Below, in pieces: positions 1 to 9,343 of a stretch of DNA of 64,000 nt (its first letter is position 1; every line of letters starts with the position of its first letter). Source of the stretch: a bacterium (GTDB lineage: Bacteria > Patescibacteriota > Patescibacteriia > Patescibacteriales > UBA12465). The notes under the pieces were generated by a model. It was not told the origin of the DNA, made no database searches, and saw only the letters and a program-made list of their open reading frames with translations. The stretch lies in contig JAUYNJ010000001.1 of the NCBI GenBank assembly GCA_030696105.1, forward strand, positions 134,903 through 198,902. The letters run 5' to 3'. The translations under genes were made by a program, and so were the position numbers.

Positions 1-18
1 TTGTTTTTATATACTACG

Positions 19-90
19 AGCGGGTAAGGGGAATCGAACCCCTTTCTCAACCATGGCAAGGTTGCATAATAACCATTATACGATACCCGC
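19..90 (-). tRNA. tRNA-Gly(GCC)
   Basis: Reverse complement GCGGGTA...CAACC-TTGCCAT-GGTTG...GGTTCGATTCC...TACCCGC-T forms a cloverleaf; anticodon GCC; no encoded CCA. Confidence 0.95.
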
Positions 91-169
91 AAAAACTATA
101 TAACTTATATAGCAAATAAAAAGAAGCAAGGCAAGCCCTAAAATTGGGGAAAATTTGATTTCGTAAGAA

Positions 170-370
170 ATTCGTGCCGCGGGCGGGAATCGGTCACGGT
201 CGCTAAGTCTCGCTTGTCCGCCCTGGGCGGACTGCGCTCACTAAGCGCCCCGACCCGGCCTCGCGATGCCTGCGGCATATCGCTCCGGCTTTCTCTTCCC
301 GACGCGAGCAAATCAATTTGCTCGCTCCCTTGCCCTCATGCTATCGCATTCGTGCCGCGGGCGGGAATCG
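170..370 (-). mobile_element. Putative tRNA-targeted mini-element: 155-bp GC-rich hairpin segment (193-347) flanked by a 23-bp direct repeat of the tRNA-Leu 3' end
   Basis: ATTCGTGCCGCGGGCGGGAATCG occurs at 170-192 and 348-370; internal hairpins GTCCGCCC/GGGCGGAC, GCGATGCC/GGCATATCGC, GCGAGCAAAT/ATTTGCTCGC. Confidence 0.6.
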
Positions 371-436
371 AACCCGCACTGTATCTCTACAACTGGATTT
401 TAAGTCCAGCGCGTCTACCAGTTCCGCCACCGCGGC
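353..436 (-). tRNA. tRNA-Leu(TAA)
   Basis: GCCGCGG-TGGCGGAACTGGTAGACGC-GCTGGA-CTTAAAA-TCCAG, long variable arm, GGTTCGATTCC, CCGCGGC-A. Confidence 0.95.
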
Positions 437-446
437 AAGATAATTG

Positions 447-830
447 TGGAGATGATGGGAGTTGAACCCATGTCTAATAAGTGACCCTAGATACGTTTAC
501 ATAAATAGCCTGATTTATTTGTGTCACCAACGTTCTCAAAAATCAGACAAAAGAAACGTCAGTCACCCCTCGTTGTGTCGAAATCATCAGGAGGGGACCA
601 GTGATTTCCAAGCCTCGATAATGACACCGGTTGTTGATGCTGAGGCAGCACCAGTCCGATGGCTATGGCTATTTTTTAATTAAGCCATAACAGGGGCGTA
701 ACTCGGAACATTCCAAGTAAACGCCTTTGCAGTGTTTTTGACACTTGTTTTTTAGGTTATTTTTACGGTTTAACCAAAACCCGCTATGAATATCTAAGGA
801 CAATCTTAATTATCGATACCCGGCATCCCC
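447..830 (-). ncRNA. ssrA: tmRNA (SsrA)
   Basis: 5' GGGGATG, 3' GACATGGGTTCAACTCCCATCATCTCCA tRNA-Ala-like ends with a G-U pair; lies directly downstream of smpB; internal tag frame at 742-680 ends in ...APVMA*. Confidence 0.92.
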
Positions 831-841
831 GGTATCCATAA

Positions 842-1312
842 CTATCTGCTGTTGCCCTGTCTTTTTGTTAATGTCCTTATTTGCCTTTCCACGTCGCGCT
901 TCTTAATTGCTTCGCGTTTGTCATACTTCTTTTTACCGCGACCTAAGGCAAATTCTAACTTTACAAAACTGCGTTTAGTATACATTTTCAACGGAACGAG
1001 TGTCAAGCCCTTTTCTTGGGTTTTTCCGACGAGGTGCGCTAACTCCTTCTTCGTCAGCAGCAACTTCCTTTCCTGAGTCGGATTATACCCCTCTAACTGA
1101 CCAGCATAGCTGTATGCAGAGATATGAGCGTTAAGCAGCCAGGCTTCGGGTCCGCTTAGCTTGTTGCGTAAACTGATATGAGCACCTTTTAAGTTGACGT
1201 GCCCTGCTTTAGCGGACTTTGCTTCCTGTCCAGACAATATTAACCCCGCCTCATAGTTTTCTAGGAGTTCAAAATCAAAACTAGCTCTGCGATTGTGTGC
1301 CAGTGTCGGCAT
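842..1312 (-). CDS. smpB: SsrA-binding protein SmpB
   Basis: N-terminal NRRASFDFELLENYEAGLILSGQEAKS, RKLLL and GKKKYDKRE motifs; adjacent to tmRNA. Confidence 0.97.
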   Translation of the reverse strand: MPTLAHNRRASFDFELLENYEAGLILSGQEAKSAKAGHVNLKGAHISLRNKLSGPEAWLLNAHISAYSYAGQLEGYNPTQERKLLLTKKELAHLVGKTQEKGLTLVPLKMYTKRSFVKLEFALGRGKKKYDKREAIKKRDVERQIRTLTKRQGNSR

Positions 1313-2591
1313 AATTCCATTTTTTTAACTTCGATATAACTTCATCATTAAACATCATGTTTTCTAGATGGCGGCGATACTCGGGAGCAGCCATGCGCTT
1401 CACCGCTTCGGCGTCTTGCGCATACATTTTCTTATAGGCTTCAAGCTTTTCATCTATTGCTTCTTTTTTCACTTCAACTTTTTCAATAATACCAACCTCA
1501 CGAATAATGAGAGCGGTTTTAATTCTCTTCACGGCATTAGGTAATAAATCTAAACGTAATGCCTCTTTCGTCTTATTGATATGTTTTAAATAATCTTCAA
1601 AATTACCACCCTGACTAATGACGTTACGCTCTAGCTCCTGCATCATGCCGTCAGACTCACTGGCAATAAGAGTATCTGGAATATCCCCAAACTTTGCCTT
1701 ATCGGCAATCGCCTCTAGCATTTTTAATTCCGACTTTATATCGGCTTGTCTTTCACGATCAGCGGCAATATTTTTTTTGATTGCATCTTTTAAATCATCA
1801 ACATTCTTAAAATGCATTTCCTTAGCTAATTCATCGCTTAGAGCGGGTAGTTCACGCTTATAAACAGCGGTCGCCTTTACTTCAAATTCAACCATCTTGC
1901 CAGCCAAATGCGCCTGATGATGTGTTGCTGGATATTGCAATTTGAATTCTCTTTTTTCATCTGCTTTAATGCCGGTAACCTTATCATCAAAACCTGGAAC
2001 CATATATTCTTTACCAAGCATCACCGTGACATCCTTAGCTTGTCCGCCTTCAACTGGGACTTTATCAAGACTGATGTTAATGTTTAACATTAACTTATCA
2101 CCAAGCTTTGCCGGCTCATCAGTTAATGACTCTTTTGCGCGCATCTCAATAATTTCTTTCAGGGTTTTTTCAATATCTTCACTTGAGACAACAACTTCTT
2201 CGCGCTTAATCTTTAAATCCTTATACAAACCAAGAGCAACTGTAGGTAACAAAGAAATTGTAACTTTATATTCAAGAGGGTTACCTGGCGCCAATTTTGT
2301 AATCTCGACATTTGGCTGTCCAACCGGCTGCCTGCCGGCTAATTCCTTAGCAAATATTTCATCAATGGTTTTACGAATAGCAATATGGGCCGCTTCCTCT
2401 AAAATGCTAATTTCACCAACTTTCTGCTTTAAAACGTCGTAGGGAACTTTGCCAGCGCGAAAGCCTTCAATCTTAACATGTTCTGAAATGTGCTTGGCAC
2501 CTTTTTCAATATATGGCTCAAATTCGCCAACTTCCAGGATTACAGTTAACTCTACCGCTGATTTTTCTAAGTCCTTTTTTGTTACTTGCAT
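1281..2591 (-). CDS. tig: Trigger factor
   Basis: GFRAGKVP ribosome-binding signature, FKBP-like middle domain, 436 aa; overlaps the smpB start by 32 nt. Confidence 0.95.
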   Translation of the reverse strand: MQVTKKDLEKSAVELTVILEVGEFEPYIEKGAKHISEHVKIEGFRAGKVPYDVLKQKVGEISILEEAAHIAIRKTIDEIFAKELAGRQPVGQPNVEITKLAPGNPLEYKVTISLLPTVALGLYKDLKIKREEVVVSSEDIEKTLKEIIEMRAKESLTDEPAKLGDKLMLNINISLDKVPVEGGQAKDVTVMLGKEYMVPGFDDKVTGIKADEKREFKLQYPATHHQAHLAGKMVEFEVKATAVYKRELPALSDELAKEMHFKNVDDLKDAIKKNIAADRERQADIKSELKMLEAIADKAKFGDIPDTLIASESDGMMQELERNVISQGGNFEDYLKHINKTKEALRLDLLPNAVKRIKTALIIREVGIIEKVEVKKEAIDEKLEAYKKMYAQDAEAVKRMAAPEYRRHLENMMFNDEVISKLKKWNYADTGTQSQS

Positions 2592-2684
2592 ATTCTTATT
2601 ACAATTAGAAACGAGCCTTGTTGAGCTCGCTTGATTTATTCCTTTATTCCTTATATCTTAGCATTTAATTAAGAAAAGGCAAGT

Positions 2685-2740
2685 TTGACTTTTTTTCAAC
2701 AATATACTAAAGTCACGCTATGTTCACTTAAAAAGGAGGT
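2685..2740 (+). promoter_or_regulatory. sigma70-type promoter, boxA-like motif and SD for ORF 2746
   Basis: TTGACT(2685-2690)-17-TAAAGT(2708-2713), then GTTCACTTAAAA(2722-2733) and AGGAGG. Confidence 0.55.
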
Positions 2741-2745
2741 ATATC

Positions 2746-3069
2746 ATGTCGTACTGGATATCAGTCCAAGTAATTAATAAGAAGCCTGTGTCAGGAAAAC
2801 CCTTCTCATCCGAAGAGGTTAATGAGGAAAGTATTAGACGCGGAGGGATTTCAAGGGTAGATATCTGTTACCCTACAAAATACTACCTACGCGAAATGGT
2901 GGAGGCTGAGTATTTTACATTTGACAACACAGGTCCGCAACTACGTTATCAAGCGACTGAGCAATTTCTCGTCCTCGCCAAAGCACACCCACAGTGTGTT
3001 GAAAAGGGCATCAGAATTGATTTAATGGCCTGCCTGAGAGAGCTACACCGCGCCCTAGGAGAAGCTTAG
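2746..3069 (+). CDS. Hypothetical protein (107 aa, ORFan)
   Basis: ORF with its own promoter, an AGGAGG SD and a downstream terminator; no recognisable family. Confidence 0.75.
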   Translation: MSYWISVQVINKKPVSGKPFSSEEVNEESIRRGGISRVDICYPTKYYLREMVEAEYFTFDNTGPQLRYQATEQFLVLAKAHPQCVEKGIRIDLMACLRELHRALGEA

Positions 3070-3090
3070 TAATCATCGCCAATGCGAATC

Positions 3091-3131
3091 AAAAAAGCGC
3101 CAGCTTAATATATGCGGCGCTTCTTTTTTTT
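3091..3131. terminator. Bidirectional intrinsic terminator
   Basis: AAAAAAGCGCC...GGCGCTTCTTTTTTTT between convergent genes. Confidence 0.7.
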
Positions 3132-3144
3132 TGCTTTTTCTGTT

Positions 3145-5142
3145 TTAAATCAGTAGACCGATAATTAATAAGGCAACGATGTTTAGAACCTTGATCATTG
3201 GGTTAATTGCAGGACCAGCGGTGTCTTTATAAGGATCGCCGACAGTGTCACCGGTCACAGCCGCTTTGTGAGCATCTGAGCCCTTGCCACCGAAATGACC
3301 AAGTTCAATATACTTCTTGGCATTATCCCAAGCGCCGCCACCAGAGGTCATTGAGATGGCCACAAAGACACCGGTAATAATAGAGCCGACTAGTAAGCCG
3401 CCAAGAGCATCGATGCCAAGACCAAAACCAACTACAATCGGCACAACAATCGGAATAGCAGCCGGAACAATCATTTCTTTTAAAGCCGCTTTAGTAACGA
3501 TATCAACGGTACGGCCGTAATCTGGTTTTTCAGTGCCAGCCATAATACCTAACTTCTCCTTAAACTGAGCACGCACATCATCAACCACGGCGCCAGCGGT
3601 ACGTCCGACAGCCTTCATAGTTAATGCGCCGAAATAGTATGGAAGTAATCCACCAATAAATAAGCCGGCGAGAACGTATGGATTATCAATTAAAAACTGT
3701 TTGTCGCTAGGCAAGTAATGTGTGAAGTCAGCAAAGAGCACGAGGGCCGCCAAAGCAGCTGAGCCGATAGCGTAACCTTTAGTCACGGCTTTCGTAGTAT
3801 TACCAACCGCATCAAGCGGATCAGTGATGTTACGCACATCTTCGCCTAACTCTGCCATTTCCGCGATACCACCTGCGTTATCAGTAATTGGACCATAAGC
3901 ATCAATTGTAACGATGATGCCGGCCATTGATAACATGGCAACAGCCGCCACTGCTACTCCGTATAAACCAGCCAAAGCGTGAGCACCTAAAATTGCAGCG
4001 ACGATTACTAGAATCGGTAAGGCAGTTGACTGCATAGAAACTGCGAGACCAGCAATCACGTTAGTGCCGTGTCCGGTACGTGATGCTTCCGCAATACTTT
4101 TTACCGGAGCGAACTTAGTTGAAGTATAGTATTCAGTGATAACAACTAATGCAGCGGTCACAACCAAACCGATGAGACTGGCAAAATATAGATTTAAAGC
4201 TAAAGCTGCGTCCGAAATAAACATCATTGTCAACGGATAAAAGGCAATGGCGGATAAAACGCCAGCAGCAATTAGTCCTTTATACAAAGCGCGCATGATG
4301 TGTTGTTTTTTTCCAAGACGAATAAAGAAAATACCGATGATAGAAGCGATGATGGAGACGGCCCCTAAAACAAGAGGGTAGATAACAATATCAGTGTTTC
4401 CTGGGAATAATAATGAGCCAAGCACCATCGCGGCAATTGAGGTCACCGCATACGTTTCAAATAAGTCAGCTGCCATACCAGCACAATCACCAACGTTGTC
4501 ACCAACGTTGTCAGCAATAACAGCTGGGTTGCGAGGGTCATCTTCAGGAATACTGGCCTCGACTTTGCCGACAAGGTCAGCGCCAACATCAGCTGCTTTA
4601 GTGTAAATGCCGCCACCGAGACGAGCAAAGATTGAAACTAAGGATCCACCAAAGGCAAAACCAATCAAGGCAGTTAAAGTTTCTTTTTCACTTATAAACT
4701 GCAAGGCTAATAAATAAAACCCGGCTGTACCTAAAAGTGCTAGTCCGACGACCAGCATACCAGTAACGCTGCCGCCACGCACGGCGACGTTCATAGCTTT
4801 TTGTAAGCCACCGCGAGCAGCTTCAGTTGTGCGCACGTTTGCGCGCACACTCACAAACATACCGATGTAACCGGCAAGACCAGAGAAAAATGCCCCCAAG
4901 AGGAAGGCGGCCGCAGTCCACCAGCTTAAGAATAAGCCAAGAACTACAAATAAAATGATGGCCACAATCGCCACGGTGCGATATTGGCGATTTAAGAAGG
5001 CGCGAGCTCCGTCCTGAATGGCGGCAGCAATCTCCTTCATTTTTTCGTTGCCCGCAGGCAAGCGCAAAACAGCAGCCACAGCAATTAAGCCATAAATGAT
5101 GGCGACCACTGCACTACCGAGGATTAAAAGATTTGTCAGCAT
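3145..5142 (-). CDS. hppA: Membrane-bound pyrophosphatase (H+/Na+-translocating; K+-independent-type GNTTKA motif)
   Basis: [56 protein letters not shown]; start placed at ATG 5142 (MLTNLLIL) to avoid the nusA overlap. Confidence 0.96.
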   Translation of the reverse strand: MLTNLLILGSAVVAIIYGLIAVAAVLRLPAGNEKMKEIAAAIQDGARAFLNRQYRTVAIVAIILFVVLGLFLSWWTAAAFLLGAFFSGLAGYIGMFVSVRANVRTTEAARGGLQKAMNVAVRGGSVTGMLVVGLALLGTAGFYLLALQFISEKETLTALIGFAFGGSLVSIFARLGGGIYTKAADVGADLVGKVEASIPEDDPRNPAVIADNVGDNVGDCAGMAADLFETYAVTSIAAMVLGSLLFPGNTDIVIYPLVLGAVSIIASIIGIFFIRLGKKQHIMRALYKGLIAAGVLSAIAFYPLTMMFISDAALALNLYFASLIGLVVTAALVVITEYYTSTKFAPVKSIAEASRTGHGTNVIAGLAVSMQSTALPILVIVAAILGAHALAGLYGVAVAAVAMLSMAGIIVTIDAYGPITDNAGGIAEMAELGEDVRNITDPLDAVGNTTKAVTKGYAIGSAALAALVLFADFTHYLPSDKQFLIDNPYVLAGLFIGGLLPYYFGALTMKAVGRTAGAVVDDVRAQFKEKLGIMAGTEKPDYGRTVDIVTKAALKEMIVPAAIPIVVPIVVGFGLGIDALGGLLVGSIITGVFVAISMTSGGGAWDNAKKYIELGHFGGKGSDAHKAAVTGDTVGDPYKDTAGPAINPMIKVLNIVALLIIGLLI

Positions 5143-5170
5143 ATTGATATTATTAATTAAATTTTTACTT

Positions 5171-6412
5171 TTATTCCTCCTTGCTTTCTTCCGCCGGATT
5201 CTCCTCGACAACGTCAATATCAGCAACGATAATGTTTTCATCTTCACTGTCAGCAATTTTTTTCTCACCTTCAGCTTCAATAATGTCGATTTTCCAGGTT
5301 GTCAGATGTGCTGCTAAGCGAACGTTCTGACCACTCTTACCAATCGCTAAGGATAATTTATCAGCAGCAACCTTTACGATTGCTTTATGATTCTCCTCAT
5401 CCAACTCAATGCTAGAAATTTTAGCTGGAGACAAAGCGTTAGCAATAAACTTTGCTGGGTCCTCATCATATTCGATAATATCGACTTTTTCCCCGCCTAA
5501 TTCTGAAATAATTGTCTGTATGCGAGCCCCGCGTTGTCCGACGCAGGAACCAACTGGGTCAACGTTCTCCGCTTCAGTATAAATCGCGACCTTAGAGCGC
5601 GAACCAGCTTCACGGGCAACTGCCTTAATCTCTACTAAGCCGTTAGCTATTTCCGGAATTTCTAAGTAAAAAATCTTTTTTAATATTTCTTCACTTCTTC
5701 TTGATAGAATTATTTCTGGACCCTTGTGACCTTCGCGCACTTCTTTAATGTATACTTTTACGCGCTCACCTGGGCGGTAGAATTCATTGAATATTTGCTC
5801 CTCTGGCGGCAATATACCGATGGCCTTGCCTAGGTCGACAAATACCATGCGACCCTCATTTCTTTGCACAACCCCACCGACGACTTCATGCTCCTTATCT
5901 TTAAATTCATGAAGAACCATATCACGCTCCATTTCGCGGAGCTTTTGAATAATTACTTGCTTTGCTGTTTGCGCAGCCATACGTCCATATGACTCTGGAA
6001 TTGGTAACTCGGTCATTATCTCGTCGCCTACTTTCACGTCGTGTTTAAAAATTACAGCGGCCTTAACCTGAATATCTGTCTTAGGGTTAAATTTACGTTC
6101 CTTCTCTTCGTCGTCACCTACAACTACCTCGCGCTTTTCTTCCTTCTCATCACGCTTATAGTCAGGGTCATTTAGACGGCGAATCATTTCTTCTTCCTCC
6201 TCTGCGGGTAAGTTTTCGACGACTGTTTTTACATCATAAATCTCCGACTTTGCCGTTACCGGGTCGAAAATGACTTTGATGTTCTGATTCTTTTCGCCGT
6301 AGTCCTTACGATAGGCAGCGGCGAGCGCCAGCTCAATCGTATTAACGACTGCCTGGTAATCTAGGTTTTTTTCTTCGCACACCTGCTTGATGGCGTTAGT
6401 TAAATCGGACAT
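5171..6412 (-). CDS. nusA: Transcription termination/antitermination factor NusA
   Basis: [13 protein letters not shown]1 domain, [34 protein letters not shown] motifs. Confidence 0.97.
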   Translation of the reverse strand: MSDLTNAIKQVCEEKNLDYQAVVNTIELALAAAYRKDYGEKNQNIKVIFDPVTAKSEIYDVKTVVENLPAEEEEEMIRRLNDPDYKRDEKEEKREVVVGDDEEKERKFNPKTDIQVKAAVIFKHDVKVGDEIMTELPIPESYGRMAAQTAKQVIIQKLREMERDMVLHEFKDKEHEVVGGVVQRNEGRMVFVDLGKAIGILPPEEQIFNEFYRPGERVKVYIKEVREGHKGPEIILSRRSEEILKKIFYLEIPEIANGLVEIKAVAREAGSRSKVAIYTEAENVDPVGSCVGQRGARIQTIISELGGEKVDIIEYDEDPAKFIANALSPAKISSIELDEENHKAIVKVAADKLSLAIGKSGQNVRLAAHLTTWKIDIIEAEGEKKIADSEDENIIVADIDVVEENPAEESKEE

Positions 6413-6468
6413 AGTTTTAAACCATTGTCACTCAGAAAGAGTAAAAATGGGGTAATTAATTGCTACTT

Positions 6469-6541
6469 AAAGAAAAAGCCAATTGTATTCAACAATCAGC
6501 TTTCTAATAGACAATATAGCAAATATTGTTGAAAAAGTCAA
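6469..6541 (-). promoter_or_regulatory. nusA promoter followed by a leader terminator-like hairpin
   Basis: TTGACT(6541-6536)-17-TGC-TATATT(6518-6513); hairpin AAAGCTGATTG/CAATTGGCTTT plus TTCTTT at 6503-6469. Confidence 0.55.
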
Positions 6542-6556
6542 CGAAAATTTCCGCGC

Positions 6557-6979
6557 CTAGGGAAGTAGTGGATTGTTGCCAACCGCGGCGGCAAGATTCC
6601 TCATAATGAAGTAGGTAATACCCCAGGCACCCAAAATAATTAGTAAGCCAATAACACCCTGCGTTATTTGCTTTATCGCGGCTCTTGTCTGCTCCTCATT
6701 GCCGGCAGCAGTCATATATTTAAAGCCCGCAATTACTAAAATGATGACAAAGATTATGCCAATAAGCGAAAGTATGGAAACAATAATGCGTGCGGCTGTA
6801 TACCTTATATCCGCAGGATCCTCAGGACCGAAGGCAGATTTAATCTCACCATTCTCCTTAAATCCATACTGACTGCCAAGCAATGACTCGTCTGCCATTA
6901 CTGGCTGAACTGGAAATAGTAGGCTCACCTGAAAAAAAGCGATGGCAATGAGTAAAGTAAGTGATAGTTTTCTTTTCAT
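6557..6979 (-). CDS. TrbC/VirB2-like pilin (CPR type)
   Basis: Signal peptide plus two TM helices flanking GFKYMTAAGNEEQTRAA, the same motif as the 52-55 kb paralogues. Confidence 0.8.
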   Translation of the reverse strand: MKRKLSLTLLIAIAFFQVSLLFPVQPVMADESLLGSQYGFKENGEIKSAFGPEDPADIRYTAARIIVSILSLIGIIFVIILVIAGFKYMTAAGNEEQTRAAIKQITQGVIGLLIILGAWGITYFIMRNLAAAVGNNPLLP

Positions 6980-7050
6980 AAGTAATGCTCATTAATTTAA
7001 TGATATGATATAATCATTATATAAAAACTTCCCAGAAATAACAAGAAATT

Positions 7051-8487
7051 ATGAGCTTGCAGCGTAAAATATTCCGCAATACCCTCATCCAAATAATTGG
7101 TAAAATAGCCTCAACCGGTCTTAACCTTTTTGCGTTTGCCTTAATGACGCGAGAATTAGGACAGGCGGGCTTCGGTGAATACACGACCGCCATTACCTTC
7201 TTGTCATTTTTTGCTATTATCGCTGACTTAGGATTAACCCTCGTAACCGCACAGATGATTAGCAGTGAACCCGAGAAGGAGGAACAAATTCTTGGTAATT
7301 TGTTTGGGCTTCGTTTGATTTCTGCTCTACTCTTTATTGGCTTAGCACCGGCCGTCGTCCTGCTCTTCGACTATAGCTCGGGCATTAAGATGGGTGTTTT
7401 ACTAGCCGCTGCCTCATTTATCTTTACCGCCTTAAATCAAATAATGGTTGGGCTCTTTCAAAATCGTTTGAAAATGGATCGTGTGGCCTGGGCTGAAACA
7501 TTAAGTCGCTTCGTATTAATCACCGGCGTCATCTTATCCGTCGTCTTTGACTGGGGTTTATACGGCATATTAATAACGACTTCAGCAGCGAGTCTAGCTA
7601 GTTTTCTTTTGCACTTTTATTTTGCTAAGCAGTTTGCACGCATTAGACCCTTATTTGAACGTGCCTGGTGGCGCAAAATTATCGCCTTATCCTGGCCCCT
7701 CGCCATTACTATCGCCTTCAATCTTATCTACCTGCGCGCCGACACCTTAATCTTGTCTCTTATTAAAGGCCAAGAAGAGGTTGGACTTTACGGTGCAGCG
7801 TATAAGATAATTGATGTGCTCAGCTCCTTGCCTTTTATGTTCGCTGGTATTATATTGCCTTTACTGGTCACTGCCTGGCAGTTAAAAGATAACGAGCGCT
7901 TTAGTAAAGTCCTGCAAAAATCATTTGATGTCATGGCGATGTCGGCTTTGCCAATTGTCGTTGGCGCTCAGTTCTTAGCGGACGAAATCATCATTCTGAT
8001 TGCCGGACCCGAATTTAGCGAAGCGGGAGCCATCCTGCGTATCCTGATTTTGGCGGTCGCCGCTATTTTCTTGGGTAATATGGCGGCTCATGCTATTATT
8101 GCGGTTAAAGCCCAGAAGAAAGTGATAGGCATTTACGTATTTACCGGCATAAGCTCGCTGCTTGCCTATCTTTACCTTATCCCTCGCTATTCATATTTTG
8201 GAGCAGCGGCCGTGACGGTCTACAGCGAAAGCGCAATTACCATTCTAACCGGCATCTTTCTATATCGTCATTTGAAACTACGCTTAAACTTATCAGGCCT
8301 CACTAAGGCTGTAATTGCCTCGGCTGTAATGGGCGCCCTGCTCTGGTTCTGGCCCAGTGCCTACGCTGACACTATATTAGGATTACTCGCAACTTTAACT
8401 TTAGCCACCCTCACCTATTTTGCTTCTTTGTTCTTGCTGCGAGCATTCTCAAAAAGCGATTTAGAATTAATAATGAAACAGAAATAA
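7051..8487 (+). CDS. Oligosaccharide flippase (Wzx/MOP superfamily)
   Basis: About 14 TM helices; RELGQAGFGEY, ADLGL, D-TLILS and VGLYGAAYK patterns. Confidence 0.9.
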   Translation: MSLQRKIFRNTLIQIIGKIASTGLNLFAFALMTRELGQAGFGEYTTAITFLSFFAIIADLGLTLVTAQMISSEPEKEEQILGNLFGLRLISALLFIGLAPAVVLLFDYSSGIKMGVLLAAASFIFTALNQIMVGLFQNRLKMDRVAWAETLSRFVLITGVILSVVFDWGLYGILITTSAASLASFLLHFYFAKQFARIRPLFERAWWRKIIALSWPLAITIAFNLIYLRADTLILSLIKGQEEVGLYGAAYKIIDVLSSLPFMFAGIILPLLVTAWQLKDNERFSKVLQKSFDVMAMSALPIVVGAQFLADEIIILIAGPEFSEAGAILRILILAVAAIFLGNMAAHAIIAVKAQKKVIGIYVFTGISSLLAYLYLIPRYSYFGAAAVTVYSESAITILTGIFLYRHLKLRLNLSGLTKAVIASAVMGALLWFWPSAYADTILGLLATLTLATLTYFASLFLLRAFSKSDLELIMKQK

Positions 8488-8489
8488 TT

Positions 8490-9278
8490 ATGAAAACATT
8501 AGAAACGCCTCACGGCGCAATAAAAATATTACATGAGGATGACGATTTGTTAATCATCGACAAACCATCTGGCTTAGTCGTGCACGAGGGAGACACAACT
8601 ACGGAGCCCACACTCGCCGATTACTTACTCGCCGCTTATCCCAAGATCGCCGGCGTTGGTGAAGATGAACTGAGACCCGGTATTGTCCATCGCCTTGACC
8701 GTGAAGCGAGCGGCTTAATGGTTATTGCGCGCAATAATAAAGCCTTCGAACACTTAAAGAAACAGTTTAAGAAAAGAACAATTAAAAAAGAATACATTGC
8801 CCTAGTTTTTGGAAAAGTCATAAAAGACGAAGGTAAAATATTATTTCCTATTGTTCGTTCACGCGCCGGCTTCAAGATGGCGGCCCTACCAATGAGTGCT
8901 GATAAAATTGAAGAGTCAAAAAAGGGACGTTTGTCCAACCGCGACAAAGGCGTCATTGAAGCTTATGAAAAATCTCGTGAAGCCATCACCGAATTCGAGG
9001 TTACAAAAAAATGGAATCATTTAAGTCTACTAAGCGTAAAAATAAAGACTGGTCGCACTCATCAAATTAGAGTTCACTTCGCTGCCTACGGACACCCACT
9101 CGTCGGCGATGATATCTATGGCACCCCGAAGACTAAGGCGCGTAATAAAAAAATCAATCTGGGACGTATCTTCCTGCACGCCCACAAACTAAGCTTCACT
9201 GGTTTAAACAAGGAAAAAAAGGAATTTGTTTCAGATCTACCGGACAATCTTTCCGGATATCTTAACAAACAAAAATAA
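8490..9278 (+). CDS. RluA-family pseudouridine synthase
   Basis: DKPSGLVVH, GIVHRLDREASG, TGRTHQIRVH, GDDIYG. Confidence 0.95.
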   Translation: MKTLETPHGAIKILHEDDDLLIIDKPSGLVVHEGDTTTEPTLADYLLAAYPKIAGVGEDELRPGIVHRLDREASGLMVIARNNKAFEHLKKQFKKRTIKKEYIALVFGKVIKDEGKILFPIVRSRAGFKMAALPMSADKIEESKKGRLSNRDKGVIEAYEKSREAITEFEVTKKWNHLSLLSVKIKTGRTHQIRVHFAAYGHPLVGDDIYGTPKTKARNKKINLGRIFLHAHKLSFTGLNKEKKEFVSDLPDNLSGYLNKQK

Positions 9279-9343
9279 TTTTGACAACGAGGCCGTAATT
9301 TCCTATAATAACGTAATAAAGAAACTAATTATTAATAAACAAT

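Noticed and set aside
214-683. ORFs 214-465 and 462-683 (+)
   Set aside because: They are antisense to tRNA-Leu, the mini-element and tmRNA, with no protein-like features.
5143-5280. 46-aa N-terminal extension of HppA in the ORF track
   Set aside because: It overlaps the nusA 3' end; ATG 5142 gives a normal start at TM1.
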